From the NCBI GenBank assembly GCA_017527155.1, contig JAFXQI010000042.1, positions 67,600 to 131,599 of the forward strand: a stretch of DNA of 64,000 bases. Direction: 5' to 3'. Shown here in pieces: positions 26,387 through 35,909 of the stretch. This DNA is from Kiritimatiellia bacterium (lineage in GTDB: Bacteria; Verrucomicrobiota; Kiritimatiellia; CAIQIC01; Lenti-01). Every line of letters starts with the position of its first letter. Position 1 is the first letter of the stretch. The position numbers were made by a program, and so were the translations under genes. The notes below the pieces were generated by a model, which saw only the letters and a program-made list of their open reading frames with translations, was not told where the DNA came from and made no database searches.

Positions 26387-27475
26387 GTGCAAGACCTGCT
26401 CATCCTCGGCATCGAATCCTCGTGCGACGAGACGGCGGCGGCCGTCGTGCGCGGCGGCCGCGAGGTGCTCTCCTCGGCGGTCATCAGCCAGATCGCCCAG
26501 CACCGGCCCTACGGCGGCGTCGTGCCGGAAATCGCCTCGCGCGGCCACGTGGAAGCGTTTCCGGCGGTGGTATCGGAAGCGATGGCGAACGCCGGGGCGG
26601 GGTGGGGGGACCTCGACGCCATCGCGGTGACGTACGGCCCCGGACTGGTCAGTTCGCTCCTCGTGGGCCTCTCCGGCGCGCGCGCGCTGGGACAGGCCGT
26701 CGGCAAGCCGGTATGGGGCGTCAACCACATGGAAGGCCACCTGGCGGGCATGTTCCTCGACCCCGCCACGCCGCCGCCGGAGGAGCTGTGCCCCGCGGTG
26801 GTCCTGCTGGTGTCGGGCGGCCACTCCTACGTCGTGGAGATGCGCGCCGCCGGCGACTACCGCCTGCTCGGCCAGACCATCGACGACGCGGCCGGCGAAT
26901 GCCTCGACAAGGGCGCCAACCTGCTCGGTCTCGGCTATCCCGGCGGACCCGCCATCGAGCGCGCCGCCGCGGGCGGCGACCCGGCCTACGTCCGCTTCCC
27001 GCGCGGCATGGAACACGCCAAGGCGCGCACCACCGAGGACGGGCTCGATCTCGCCTACTGCTTCAGTTTCAGCGGTCTCAAGACCTCCCTCCTCCAGCGC
27101 CTCCGCACCCATCCCGACGACCTGCCCTCGCACCTCGCCGACCTCGCCGCGTCCTACCAGGAAGCCGTCATGGAATCGCTCGCCAAGCGCGCCGACCGGG
27201 CCCTCAAGGCGACCGGCGCGCGCACGCTCGCCTGCGTCGGCGGCGTCGCCAGGAACCGCGTCCTGCGCGCCAAGCTCGAAGCCATCGCGCGCCGCCGCCG
27301 CGCCGTCCTGCGGCTCGCCCCGCTGGCCTACTGCACCGACAACGCCGCCATGATCGCCGCCGCCGCCGGACTCCGCGCCCGCGCCGGCCTCCCGAATCCG
27401 CCGGCCCTCGAAGCCGACCCCAGCCTCCCGCTGGTCGAAGAGCCGGGGGGAGTTGCCGGGGGTCTAGATATCTAG
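26387..27475 (+). CDS. tsaD: tRNA N6-adenosine threonylcarbamoyltransferase TsaD
   Basis: GTG start; MQDLLILGIESSCDETAAAVV...HMEGHL matches the Kae1/TsaD family. Its final codons plus the TAG stop (L-D-I-*) are encoded by the palindrome ctagatatctag. Confidence 0.85.
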   Translation: MQDLLILGIESSCDETAAAVVRGGREVLSSAVISQIAQHRPYGGVVPEIASRGHVEAFPAVVSEAMANAGAGWGDLDAIAVTYGPGLVSSLLVGLSGARALGQAVGKPVWGVNHMEGHLAGMFLDPATPPPEELCPAVVLLVSGGHSYVVEMRAAGDYRLLGQTIDDAAGECLDKGANLLGLGYPGGPAIERAAAGGDPAYVRFPRGMEHAKARTTEDGLDLAYCFSFSGLKTSLLQRLRTHPDDLPSHLADLAASYQEAVMESLAKRADRALKATGARTLACVGGVARNRVLRAKLEAIARRRRAVLRLAPLAYCTDNAAMIAAAAGLRARAGLPNPPALEADPSLPLVEEPGGVAGGLDI

Positions 27476-27493
27476 GTTCCTAGGTATCTAGGA
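27463..27493. repeat. AT-rich CTAG palindromic repeat, locus L2 (tctagatatctaggttcctaggtatctagga)
   Basis: Contains the perfect 12-bp palindrome ctagatatctag and the ctaggtatctagg core shared with L4. It spans the tsaD stop and ends 17 nt before the rlmN ATG. Confidence 0.5.
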
Positions 27494-27509
27494 TTTGCCC
27501 CCCCCCCGC

Positions 27510-28577
27510 ATGAAAACCGCTTTGCAAGGCCTCTTTCCCGACGAACTGCGGGACGTGTGCACCGGCGCGGGATTCCCTGCGTTCCGGGCCAAGCAGCTCT
27601 GGCAGTGGCTGCAGGGCCGCCATGCACTCTCCTGGGACGCGATGGCCAACCTCCCGCGCGCCTTGCGCGGTGCGCTGGACGCCGGGTGGACGCCGGCCCC
27701 CGTCCGTCCCCTCCGCGAAGCCGGCGACCCCGGCGGCACCCGCAAGTGGCTGCTGGGACTCGACGACGGCGAATCCATCGAGACCGTCCTCATTCCCGCG
27801 CGCGACCGCAAGACCGTGTGCGTCTCCACCCAGGTTGGCTGCAAGATGGCCTGCGCCTTCTGCGCCAGCGGCAAGGGCGGCTGGGTCCGCAACCTCGGCG
27901 CCGGCGAAATCGTCGCGCAGGTCCACCACGTCGCCGCGCTGTCGGGCGGGCGCCCCAACAACGTCGTGTTCATGGGCATGGGCGAACCCTTCGACAACTA
28001 CGACGCCGTCCTGCGTGCCGTCCGCCTCCTGAACCATCCCGACGGACTGGCCATCGGCGCCCGAAAGATCACCCTGAGCACCAGCGGACTCGTGCCCGGC
28101 ATCCGGCGTCTGGCGACCGAAGGCCTGCAGGTCGAACTCTCCGTATCCCTCCACGCCCCCGACCCGGAGCGCCGCCGCCGCCTGATGCCCGTCGAAGGCC
28201 GCTGGCCGATGGACGAGCTCCTCGCCGCCTGCCGCGAGTACACGGCGGCGACCAAGCGCATCGTGACCTTCGAGTACACCCTCGTCCGCGGCTTCAACGA
28301 TTCCGCCGCCGACGCCGCGCAGCTGGCGGCCCGCCTGCGCGGCTTCCCGTGCCGCGTCAACGCGATCCCGCTGAGCCCCGTCGCCGAATTCGACGGCGAG
28401 GCGCCCTCCCGCGAGACCTGCCACGCCTTCCTCGACGCCCTCCTCCGCCACGGCATCGAAGGTACCCTCCGCGAATCCAGGGGCAAGGGCGTTTCCGCCG
28501 CCTGCGGCCAGCTCCGCCGCGGCGCCATGCGGGAGAAAACCGATCCCGGCGGCCCAGCCCGTCCGTCCCGCCCGTGA
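27510..28577 (+). CDS. rlmN: 23S rRNA / tRNA (adenine-C2) methyltransferase RlmN (radical SAM)
   Basis: MKTALQGLFPDELRDV... has the radical-SAM motif CKMACAFCASG and the C-terminal Cys. Confidence 0.85.
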   Translation: MKTALQGLFPDELRDVCTGAGFPAFRAKQLWQWLQGRHALSWDAMANLPRALRGALDAGWTPAPVRPLREAGDPGGTRKWLLGLDDGESIETVLIPARDRKTVCVSTQVGCKMACAFCASGKGGWVRNLGAGEIVAQVHHVAALSGGRPNNVVFMGMGEPFDNYDAVLRAVRLLNHPDGLAIGARKITLSTSGLVPGIRRLATEGLQVELSVSLHAPDPERRRRLMPVEGRWPMDELLAACREYTAATKRIVTFEYTLVRGFNDSAADAAQLAARLRGFPCRVNAIPLSPVAEFDGEAPSRETCHAFLDALLRHGIEGTLRESRGKGVSAACGQLRRGAMREKTDPGGPARPSRP

Positions 28578-28594
28578 GGGCCGGCGGGGGGCAT

Positions 28595-29782
28595 TCAGAA
28601 GCGGGCGGCGATCCAGGGGATGGCGGTGAAGGTGCCGATGGAGCTGCCGAGGTTGGTCAGGACCACGACGAGGAGGATGCGGATGGCGGGGTTGGCCATG
28701 AAGCCGCGGAAGGTTTCGAGGGAGGCGGGCAGGGCCTCGAAGTCGCCGACGGTCGGAGGGCGCACCCACGCCTGGACGAGCCCGGCGACCCATCCGGCGG
28801 CAATCATGGGGTTCAGGCTCGTGATGGGCGCGGCGACGAAGGCGGAGAGGACGGTCAGCGGATGGGCGAGGGCGAGGATGGCGCCGACGGCGGCGAACAC
28901 GCCGTTGGCGGCAATCCAGATGGCGATGGACTCGATTCCGCGGTCGGTCCCGCCGCGCACGAATCCCCAGGCGACGAGGGCGACGACGAGCAGGGGAATG
29001 AGCCACGGCCAGACCTTGGACCAGGGGGAAGGCGGGGGGAGTTCTTCGAGTGGGGCGAGGGGGATTTCCTCGCGGACGTGTGCGGCGATGCCGGGGACGT
29101 GTCCGGCGCCGGCCACCGCCACGATGCGCTGGCCGGGCATTGTCCGGATCTTCTGGGAGAGATAGACGTCGCGTTCGTCGATGAGGCGTTCCTTGACGCC
29201 GGGGAAGCCCTTGCCCATCTCGCCCATCAGGCCTTCGAGCTGGTCGCGGTTCTTGAGGGATTCGATTTCGTCTTCACCGATGTCGTCGCCGCCGAAGACG
29301 GCAGTGCACATCAGGAAGACGAGCTTGGCCTTCTGCCACAACCCGAGTCCGCGCCAGATGCGCTTGAGGGTGATGTCGATGCGGCGGTCCATGAGTTCGA
29401 GCCGGGCGCCGGTGGCTTCGGCGCATTCGATGCCGGCGAGCATTTCGGCGCCGGGCTGGACTTCGAGCTGCTTGCCGAGACGGCGGTAGAAGGCCTGCAT
29501 GGCGAGCTGGGCGAGGAGGAAGGTGGCCTTCTTTTCGCGGACGACCCGGAAGATGTCGGTGTTCTTCCAGCCGTCGGCCCCCTTCATGCCGCGGTAGCGG
29601 GGTTCGCAGAGTTCGACGGCGATGGTGTCGGGGGCGACGGCGGCGACGGTGTCGCGGACGTCCTGCACGCTCTTCGCGGAGACGTGGGCGGTGCCGACGA
29701 GATAGACGGTCTTGCCGGGCAGGTCGAGGACGGTGACGCCGGCGGGGAGGGCGGGGGACGGGGGGGGAGGGATTTCGCTCAT
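28595..29782 (-). CDS. TraB/GumN family protein
   Basis: Start MSEIPPPPSPALPAGVTVLDLPGKTVYLVGTAHVSAKS (M83 of ORF 28595..30028). The GTAHVS motif and C-terminal TM helices are present. Confidence 0.65.
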   Translation of the reverse strand: MSEIPPPPSPALPAGVTVLDLPGKTVYLVGTAHVSAKSVQDVRDTVAAVAPDTIAVELCEPRYRGMKGADGWKNTDIFRVVREKKATFLLAQLAMQAFYRRLGKQLEVQPGAEMLAGIECAEATGARLELMDRRIDITLKRIWRGLGLWQKAKLVFLMCTAVFGGDDIGEDEIESLKNRDQLEGLMGEMGKGFPGVKERLIDERDVYLSQKIRTMPGQRIVAVAGAGHVPGIAAHVREEIPLAPLEELPPPSPWSKVWPWLIPLLVVALVAWGFVRGGTDRGIESIAIWIAANGVFAAVGAILALAHPLTVLSAFVAAPITSLNPMIAAGWVAGLVQAWVRPPTVGDFEALPASLETFRGFMANPAIRILLVVVLTNLGSSIGTFTAIPWIAARF

Positions 29783-30621
29783 GGGGCCGGATCGGGCGGC
29801 AGGACGGGAGCCGGAAGGCGGGCGAGGTTGCGGTTGAAGGCGGGCGAAAGGTCGGCGAGGAGCGTGCAGGCGAGCGTGCGGAGGGCGTCGTCGCCCAGCG
29901 GGGCCAGCGCCAGCGCGTCGGGCGGGATGGCCGCGGTGCCGGCGCGCGCGAGGTGGTCGGCGATGTGCAGCGCGAGGGCTTCGGCCGTCGCCGGATCGAC
30001 CAGAACGCCGGACGGGCCGCCATGCCAATCGACGGACGGGAACGCGGCATCGAGTTCGGCCCCGCCGAAGAGGCCGGACTGGTCCGGGTCGTTGAGGAGC
30101 AGGATGTCGATGTCCGCGTACTGGAGGGTGCTGCCGTCGCCGCGCCAGGAGGCGCCGTCGTACGCGGTGGAAAGGAAGCGGCAGAGGCCGGCGATGCCGT
30201 CCGTCGCCGGATCGGCCCCGCCCACGCGCACGAACAGGGCCCAGTCGCCGGGACGGACGTCCGCCCCGTCGCGGAGGCTCCAGTTGGTCCGGGCGTCGCC
30301 GTCGTCGCGGAGGCGCGCGAAGCCTTCGCGGAAGGTCGGGCCCGTGAACGAGGAGACGGCCGGGTTCCAGCGGAGGATGAAGAGGTTCGAATAGGGGACG
30401 TCGGAGATTCCGGATTCGGACGGGAGCGGGTCCGCGGGGAATTCGAGGAGGGTTTCGCCGGGGAGGGCGGCCTCGGGTACCGGGAATTCGGCGGCGGGCG
30501 CCGGGTCCAGGGCCGGTTCCGTGTCCGGGGACGGCGCCGGGGCGCGGCAGGCGCCGGGGAGGGCCGGGAGGAGGACGGCGAGCAGGACGGCGGGAAGGCG
30601 GCGGAAGGAAAAGTGGTTCAT
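29779..30621 (-). CDS. Hypothetical secreted protein
   Basis: Start MNHFSFRRLPAVLLAVLLPALPGACRA (M76 of ORF 29779..30846) is a signal peptide. No recognised domain. The stop overlaps the TraB-family start (ATGA). Confidence 0.45.
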   Translation of the reverse strand: MNHFSFRRLPAVLLAVLLPALPGACRAPAPSPDTEPALDPAPAAEFPVPEAALPGETLLEFPADPLPSESGISDVPYSNLFILRWNPAVSSFTGPTFREGFARLRDDGDARTNWSLRDGADVRPGDWALFVRVGGADPATDGIAGLCRFLSTAYDGASWRGDGSTLQYADIDILLLNDPDQSGLFGGAELDAAFPSVDWHGGPSGVLVDPATAEALALHIADHLARAGTAAIPPDALALAPLGDDALRTLACTLLADLSPAFNRNLARLPAPVLPPDPAP

Positions 30622-30891
30622 GGCTGGTTTCCGGTTGGTGGATGGTCGGGGTTCTGGATTTCGGGGAAAGGATAGTGGGAGGGCGGGGAAAAGGGAAGTG
30701 GGAAAAACGGGCGGGCGGGGCTGTCGTTCATGGACGGTGAGGATGGGGGGAAAAGGACGGAAAATGCATGGTTTTTCCGTAATCTCAAAAGTGGTTCCGG
30801 GCGGGGGACGGGGCGGCCGGGAGCGGGGACGAGTCGACGGTTGCAAGGCGGGCGGCGGGATGGCACAATGGGCGGGTTATTTGGAGACAAC

Positions 30892-32538
30892 ATGAAACCG
30901 ATCACGAAAATCCTCGAAGAGAACGCGGCGCAGTGGCCGAACGACGTCGCGCTGGTGGAGATCAATCCGCAGGAGCTGGAGACGCGGCACACGACGTGGA
31001 AGGAGTACTCGCTGATCGAGTCGAGCCCCATCGAGGCGTTCCGCAGCGAAATGACCTGGGCGGAGTTCGACGAGAAGGCGAACCGCTTCGCGAACTTCCT
31101 GCTGACCCGCCGCGTCAAGCGCGGCGACAAGGTGGCGATCCTGCTGATGAACTGCCTGGAGTGGCTGCCCATCTACTTCGGCGTGCTGCGCGCCGGCGCG
31201 ATGGCCGTCCCCCTCAACTACCGCTACACCGCCGAGGAAATCCGCTACTGCCTCGACCTCGCCGACGCGTCGGCGCTGGTGTTCGGCCCCGAATTCACCG
31301 GCCGCGTGGAGGACATCGCGGACCGCATCCCGAAGGTCGGCCTGCGCCTCTACGTCGGCGAGGACTGCCCCACCTTCGCGGAATCCTACAACTCCCTCGT
31401 CTCCTACTGCTCCGGGCGCAAGCCGGCCATCGAGTACGGCCTCGACGACGACGCGGCCATCTACTTCTCCTCCGGCACCACCGGCTTCCCCAAGGCGATC
31501 ATCCTGACGCACCGCTGCCTCGCCCAGTCGGCCGAGATGGAGCAGAAGCACCACGGCCAGACGCGCGACGACGTCTTCCTCTGCATCCCGCCGCTCTACC
31601 ACACGGGCGCCAAGATGCACTGGTTCGGGAGCTTCATCGCCGGCGGCCGCGCGGTGCTGCTGCGCGGGGTCAAGCCGGAATGGATCCTGCAGGCGGTGAG
31701 CCAGGAGCGCTGCACCATCGTGTGGCTGCTGGTGCCGTGGGCGCAGGACATCCTCGACGCCATCGAATCGGGCGCCGTGCACCTGGAGGACTACGGACTT
31801 TCGCAATGGCGCCTCATGCACATCGGCGCGCAGCCGGTGCCGCCGGCGCTGATCCAGCGCTGGCTCAAGGTGTTTCCGCACCACGACTACGACACGAACT
31901 ACGGCCTGAGCGAATCGACCGGCCCCGGCTGCGTGCACCTGGGCGTGGGCAACGTGGACCGCGTCGGCGCCATCGGCATCCCCGGCTACCGCTGGGAGAC
32001 CAAGATCGTCGACGGCTCGCGCGCCCCCGTGGCGGCCGGCGAAGTCGGCGAACTGGCCGTCCGCGGCCCCGGCGTCATGCGCGGCTACTACAAGGACGAA
32101 GCCGCGACCGCCGCTGTCCTCGACGCCGACGGCTGGCTCTACACCGGCGACATGGCCGTCGAGCGCGACGGCTTCATCTACCTCGTGGACCGCAAGAAGG
32201 ACGTCATCATCACGGGCGGCGAGAACCTGTACCCGGTCCAGATCGAGGACTTCCTGCGCGCGCATCCGGCCATCAAGGACGTGGCGGTCATCGGCCTGCC
32301 CGACCCGCGGCTGGGCGAGATCGCGGCGGCCGTCATCGAAGTCAAGGAAGGCGCCTCGCTGGACGAAGCCGGCATCGAAGACTTCTGCAAGGCCCTGCCC
32401 CGCTACAAGCGCCCGCGGAAAATCATCTTCGCCCCGGTCCCCCGCAACCCCACCGGCAAGATCGAGAAGCCCAAGCTCCGCAAGATCTACTGCGGCGCTT
32501 CCCTCGTCGCCCAGCAGGTCGGCATCGCGCAGTCTTGA
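30892..32538 (+). CDS. AMP-dependent synthetase/ligase (acyl-CoA synthetase family)
   Basis: MKPITKILEENAAQWPNDVALV... carries the AMP-binding motif YFSSGTTGFPKAIILTH, then YGLSE and GWLYTGD. Confidence 0.8.
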   Translation: MKPITKILEENAAQWPNDVALVEINPQELETRHTTWKEYSLIESSPIEAFRSEMTWAEFDEKANRFANFLLTRRVKRGDKVAILLMNCLEWLPIYFGVLRAGAMAVPLNYRYTAEEIRYCLDLADASALVFGPEFTGRVEDIADRIPKVGLRLYVGEDCPTFAESYNSLVSYCSGRKPAIEYGLDDDAAIYFSSGTTGFPKAIILTHRCLAQSAEMEQKHHGQTRDDVFLCIPPLYHTGAKMHWFGSFIAGGRAVLLRGVKPEWILQAVSQERCTIVWLLVPWAQDILDAIESGAVHLEDYGLSQWRLMHIGAQPVPPALIQRWLKVFPHHDYDTNYGLSESTGPGCVHLGVGNVDRVGAIGIPGYRWETKIVDGSRAPVAAGEVGELAVRGPGVMRGYYKDEAATAAVLDADGWLYTGDMAVERDGFIYLVDRKKDVIITGGENLYPVQIEDFLRAHPAIKDVAVIGLPDPRLGEIAAAVIEVKEGASLDEAGIEDFCKALPRYKRPRKIIFAPVPRNPTGKIEKPKLRKIYCGASLVAQQVGIAQS

Positions 32539-32589
32539 ATTGGAAACACCGCGGGGGGGGATAGTGGAACGAAACGAAAGGACAAGAAA

Positions 32590-32808
32590 ATGGAAGAGAA
32601 AATCAAGGCCGTGCTGGAAGAAATCCGTCCGGCGATCCAAGGCCACGGCGGCGACGTCGAATTCGTCTCGCTGGAAGGCAAGACCGCGAAGCTCCATCTC
32701 GTGGGCCACTGCGGGAGCTGTCCGTACGCGATGATGACGCTCAAGAACGGCATCGAGGCGGCCCTCCGCGAGAAGGTGGACCCCGAGATCACCGTCGAAC
32801 GCGTCTGA
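32590..32808 (+). CDS. NifU-like Fe-S cluster assembly domain protein (Nfu C-terminal type)
   Basis: 72 aa with the CGSCPYAMMTL CxxC motif typical of the NifU C-terminal domain. Confidence 0.7.
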   Translation: MEEKIKAVLEEIRPAIQGHGGDVEFVSLEGKTAKLHLVGHCGSCPYAMMTLKNGIEAALREKVDPEITVERV

Positions 32809-32827
32809 CGGACCGCGGAGCGGCGGG

Positions 32828-33706
32828 ATGGCGCGGGTTCCGGCCATCGAAGAGAAGACCGCGCTGGTGACGGGTTGTTCGTCCGGCATCGGCCGGGCGA
32901 CGGCCCGTCTCCTGCGCGACCGCGGCTGGCGGGTGTTCGCCACGGCCCGGCGCGCGGAGGATCTGGACGCGCTGCGCGCGGACGGGTTGGAGGCGGTCGC
33001 GCTGGACCTGGCGGACGCGGAGTCCGTCGCGGCCTGCGCCCGGGAGGTGCTGGAGGCGTGCGGGGGACGGCTCGGCGCGCTCGTGAACAACGCGGGCTAC
33101 GGCCAGCCGGGGGCGCTGGAAGACGTGTCGCGCGAGGCGCTGGAACGGCAGTTCGCGGTGAACGTGTTCGGCACGGCCGACCTGACGGCGCGGGTGATTC
33201 CGGCGATGCGCGCGCAGGGCCGGGGACGCATCGTGCTGCTGAGTTCGGTGGTGGGGCGGGTGGTGATTCCCTTCATGGGCGCCTACTGCGCGAGCAAGCA
33301 CGCGGTGGAGGCGATGGGGGACGAATGGCGCATGGAACTGGCCGGGAGCGGCATCGCCGTGTCGCTGGTCGAGCCGGGGCCGATCGAGAGCTCCTTCCGC
33401 CGGCGCGTGGTGGGCGAAGCCCACGGAGGGGGACTGTCGCTGGACGGCAGCGTCTTCGCCCGCCAGTACGCGCGGGACTGGAAAGACGCGGTGCGGACGT
33501 TCAAACGCCCGACGGACGTGTTCCGCAAGCCGCCGGAAGCGGTCGCGCGGAAAATCCTCCACGCGCTGGAATCCCGCCATCCGCGCGCCCGCTACCCGGT
33601 GACGGGCGCGGCGCATCTGGGAATCTGGGCGTCGCGCTGGCTGCCTTCGCGCTGGCTGGACGCCATCATGGCGTCGAAAGTCATCGGGCGCAGCACGAAG
33701 GACTGA
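32828..33706 (+). CDS. SDR family oxidoreductase
   Basis: TGCSSGIGRATA (NAD(P)-binding), NNAG, and the catalytic YCASKHAVEA motif. Confidence 0.8.
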   Translation: MARVPAIEEKTALVTGCSSGIGRATARLLRDRGWRVFATARRAEDLDALRADGLEAVALDLADAESVAACAREVLEACGGRLGALVNNAGYGQPGALEDVSREALERQFAVNVFGTADLTARVIPAMRAQGRGRIVLLSSVVGRVVIPFMGAYCASKHAVEAMGDEWRMELAGSGIAVSLVEPGPIESSFRRRVVGEAHGGGLSLDGSVFARQYARDWKDAVRTFKRPTDVFRKPPEAVARKILHALESRHPRARYPVTGAAHLGIWASRWLPSRWLDAIMASKVIGRSTKD

Positions 33707-33715
33707 CGGGAGGCG

Positions 33716-34456
33716 TCAGCTGGGGGGATAACGCCGGGCGAGGAGGCGGTTGACGGGATAGAGGAGCAGCGGGAGCAGGGAGAGGGAGAAAGCGGGTTGG
33801 AGGGGCGGCGGGGCGGGGAGGAGGAATGCGCAGAGGCAGAGCAGGGTCTGCAAGGGGAGGAGCAGACGGAGGAGCAGCCCGATGTGGGCGGGGGTGATGC
33901 GGGAGCGCGGGTCGGCTTCGCGGCGGGCGAGGGCGGTGACAACGGCGATGTAGAGTCCGAGGAGGGCGGCGGCGGCGAGGGGCTCGGGCGTCCGGGCGGC
34001 GGGGCCGGCACCGAGGAGGAGGTCGAGGGAGCGGCAGAGACCCATGACGAGGGGGCCGAGGATGGCGGATTTCTTGGCGGCGAAGTCGTAGAGGAGGATG
34101 GCGAGCGCGAGGATGGCGGCGACGGGGAGGGCATGGGCGGGGATGGCGAGCAGGAGGCCGAGGAGGAGAAGAAGGACGCCGGCCAGCCCGACGGCGGCAG
34201 GCGAAACGGCGCCGGAGGGGATGGGCCGTTCGGGGCGCTCCCGGGCATCGATGGCGGCATCGGCGAGGTCGTTGAAGAGGAGGCCGGCGGCGTACAAGCA
34301 CGCGGAGGCGGCGATGGCCGCAAAGAGCCGGAGGGTGGCCACCGGATCGGGTGCGGGGACGAGGAGAATCCCCGAGAGGAGGGCCCCGGCGATGGGGTCG
34401 CCGGGGAGCGTCAGGAGGTTCGGGAGGCGGAGGAGGCGGAGCCAGGGAGAGGTCAT
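33716..34456 (-). CDS. UbiA family prenyltransferase
   Basis: A polytopic membrane protein with LFNDLADAAIDARERPERPIPSG (the NDxxDxxxD motif). Confidence 0.7.
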   Translation of the reverse strand: MTSPWLRLLRLPNLLTLPGDPIAGALLSGILLVPAPDPVATLRLFAAIAASACLYAAGLLFNDLADAAIDARERPERPIPSGAVSPAAVGLAGVLLLLLGLLLAIPAHALPVAAILALAILLYDFAAKKSAILGPLVMGLCRSLDLLLGAGPAARTPEPLAAAALLGLYIAVVTALARREADPRSRITPAHIGLLLRLLLPLQTLLCLCAFLLPAPPPLQPAFSLSLLPLLLYPVNRLLARRYPPS

Positions 34457-34462
34457 GGGGGG

Positions 34463-34496
34463 AAACCTAGAAACCTGGATGTCTAGATATCCAGAA
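34463..34496. repeat. AT-rich CTAG palindromic repeat, locus L3 (aaacctagaaacctggatgtctagatatccagaa)
   Basis: Contains the tctagatatc core in a near-palindrome tctagata/tccaga. It begins about 6 nt upstream of the UbiA-family ATG, in the divergent intergenic region with the AKR gene. Confidence 0.45.
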
Positions 34497-34777
34497 TGCC
34501 GGGGAGCGGTGTGGGCATGGCGTCACCCACCGCCTGGAACGTGGGGGGAGCCGTCGTCGGTTGCTCGCGCAATCATGCGACAGTGGGGGGCGATGATGGT
34601 CATGGTGGAAATCCTTTCGTTCTTCGTCGGCGGGAAGCCCGACAAAAGACAAGCGGCGGAGCGGGGGGAAAGGTTCAGCGGGAGAATGGGGGCGGGGAAA
34701 GCGAGATTCGTGTGGCGGGGGCGGGGAGGATGTGGTAGTGAAAAGGGAAAGAACGGGTTCAAGGAAGGAGAGCGAAC

Positions 34778-35890
34778 ATGGAACTGCCGAGGACGGGAAA
34801 GCTGGGATTCGGGTTGATGCGGTTGCCGAAGAAAGGGGAGGCCATCGACGTGGAGCAGGTGGCGGAGATGGCGGACCGGTTCCTGGAGAGCGGATTCAAC
34901 TACTTCGACACGGCGTGGGCGTATCCGGGAAGCGAAGAGGCAATCCGGAAGGCGCTGGTGGAGCGGCATCCCCGGGAGTCGTTCCTGCTGGCGAGCAAGA
35001 ACGCGGCATGGCTGAAGTGCACGTCGCCCGCGGAGGCGAAGGCGCAGCTGGACGTGTCGCTGGAGCGGAGCGGGGCGGGCTATTTCGATTTCTACCTGCT
35101 CCACAACCTGGGGGAGGGACGGACGCGGACGTTCGACGACTGGAAGCTGTGGGACTGGGCGCTGGAACAGCGGGAGGCGGGACGGATCCGGCATCTGGGC
35201 TTCTCGTTCCACGCGGGGGCGGACGAACTGGAAGCGATCCTGGAGGCGCACCCGGAGGCGGAGTTCGTGCAGTTGCAGATCAATTACGCGGACTGGGAGT
35301 CGCCGTCGATCCAGTCCCGCCGCTGCCTGGAGGTCGCGCGGGCGCACGGGAAGCCGGTGATCGTGATGGAGCCGGTGAAGGGGGGCTTGCTGGCGGTGCC
35401 CCCGGCGGACGTGGCGGCGGTGCTGGAGGCGGCGGAACCGGGAGCGTCCTGCGCCTCGTGGGCGGTGCGGTTCGCGGCGGACTGCGAGGGGGTGTACACG
35501 GTGCTGTCGGGGATGTCGGACCGGGCGCAGATGGAAGACAACCTGCGGACGATGCGCGGGTTCGCGGGGCTGACGGCGGCGCAGCGGGAGGCGCTCCGCA
35601 AGGCGCGGGAGACGCTGGAGGCGCATCCGATGGTGCCGTGCACGTCGTGCGACTACTGCGCGAAGGCGTGTCCGGCGGACGTCGGGATATCGGGGACGTT
35701 CGCGGCGCTGAACGTGCTGGAGGTGTACGGGGACCGGAAAAAGGCGGAGGGCGAGCTCGCGTGGAACGTGGACGGGGCGGGCCGCAAGCGGGCGGTGGCC
35801 TGCCTGCGGTGCGGGGCGTGCGAGAAGGTGTGCCCGCAGCACATCGCAATCCGCGAGGTGCTGGCGCGGGCGGCGGCGGCGTTCGGGTGA
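34778..35890 (+). CDS. Aldo/keto reductase with a C-terminal 4Fe-4S ferredoxin domain
   Basis: The AKR N-terminus (GFGLMRLP, FDTAWAYPGSEE) is followed by C-terminal cysteine clusters CTSCDYCAKACP and CLRCGACEKVCP. AAGGAG sits upstream. Confidence 0.75.
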   Translation: MELPRTGKLGFGLMRLPKKGEAIDVEQVAEMADRFLESGFNYFDTAWAYPGSEEAIRKALVERHPRESFLLASKNAAWLKCTSPAEAKAQLDVSLERSGAGYFDFYLLHNLGEGRTRTFDDWKLWDWALEQREAGRIRHLGFSFHAGADELEAILEAHPEAEFVQLQINYADWESPSIQSRRCLEVARAHGKPVIVMEPVKGGLLAVPPADVAAVLEAAEPGASCASWAVRFAADCEGVYTVLSGMSDRAQMEDNLRTMRGFAGLTAAQREALRKARETLEAHPMVPCTSCDYCAKACPADVGISGTFAALNVLEVYGDRKKAEGELAWNVDGAGRKRAVACLRCGACEKVCPQHIAIREVLARAAAAFG

Positions 35891-35909
35891 GGCCGCCGCC
35901 GGGGAGGGG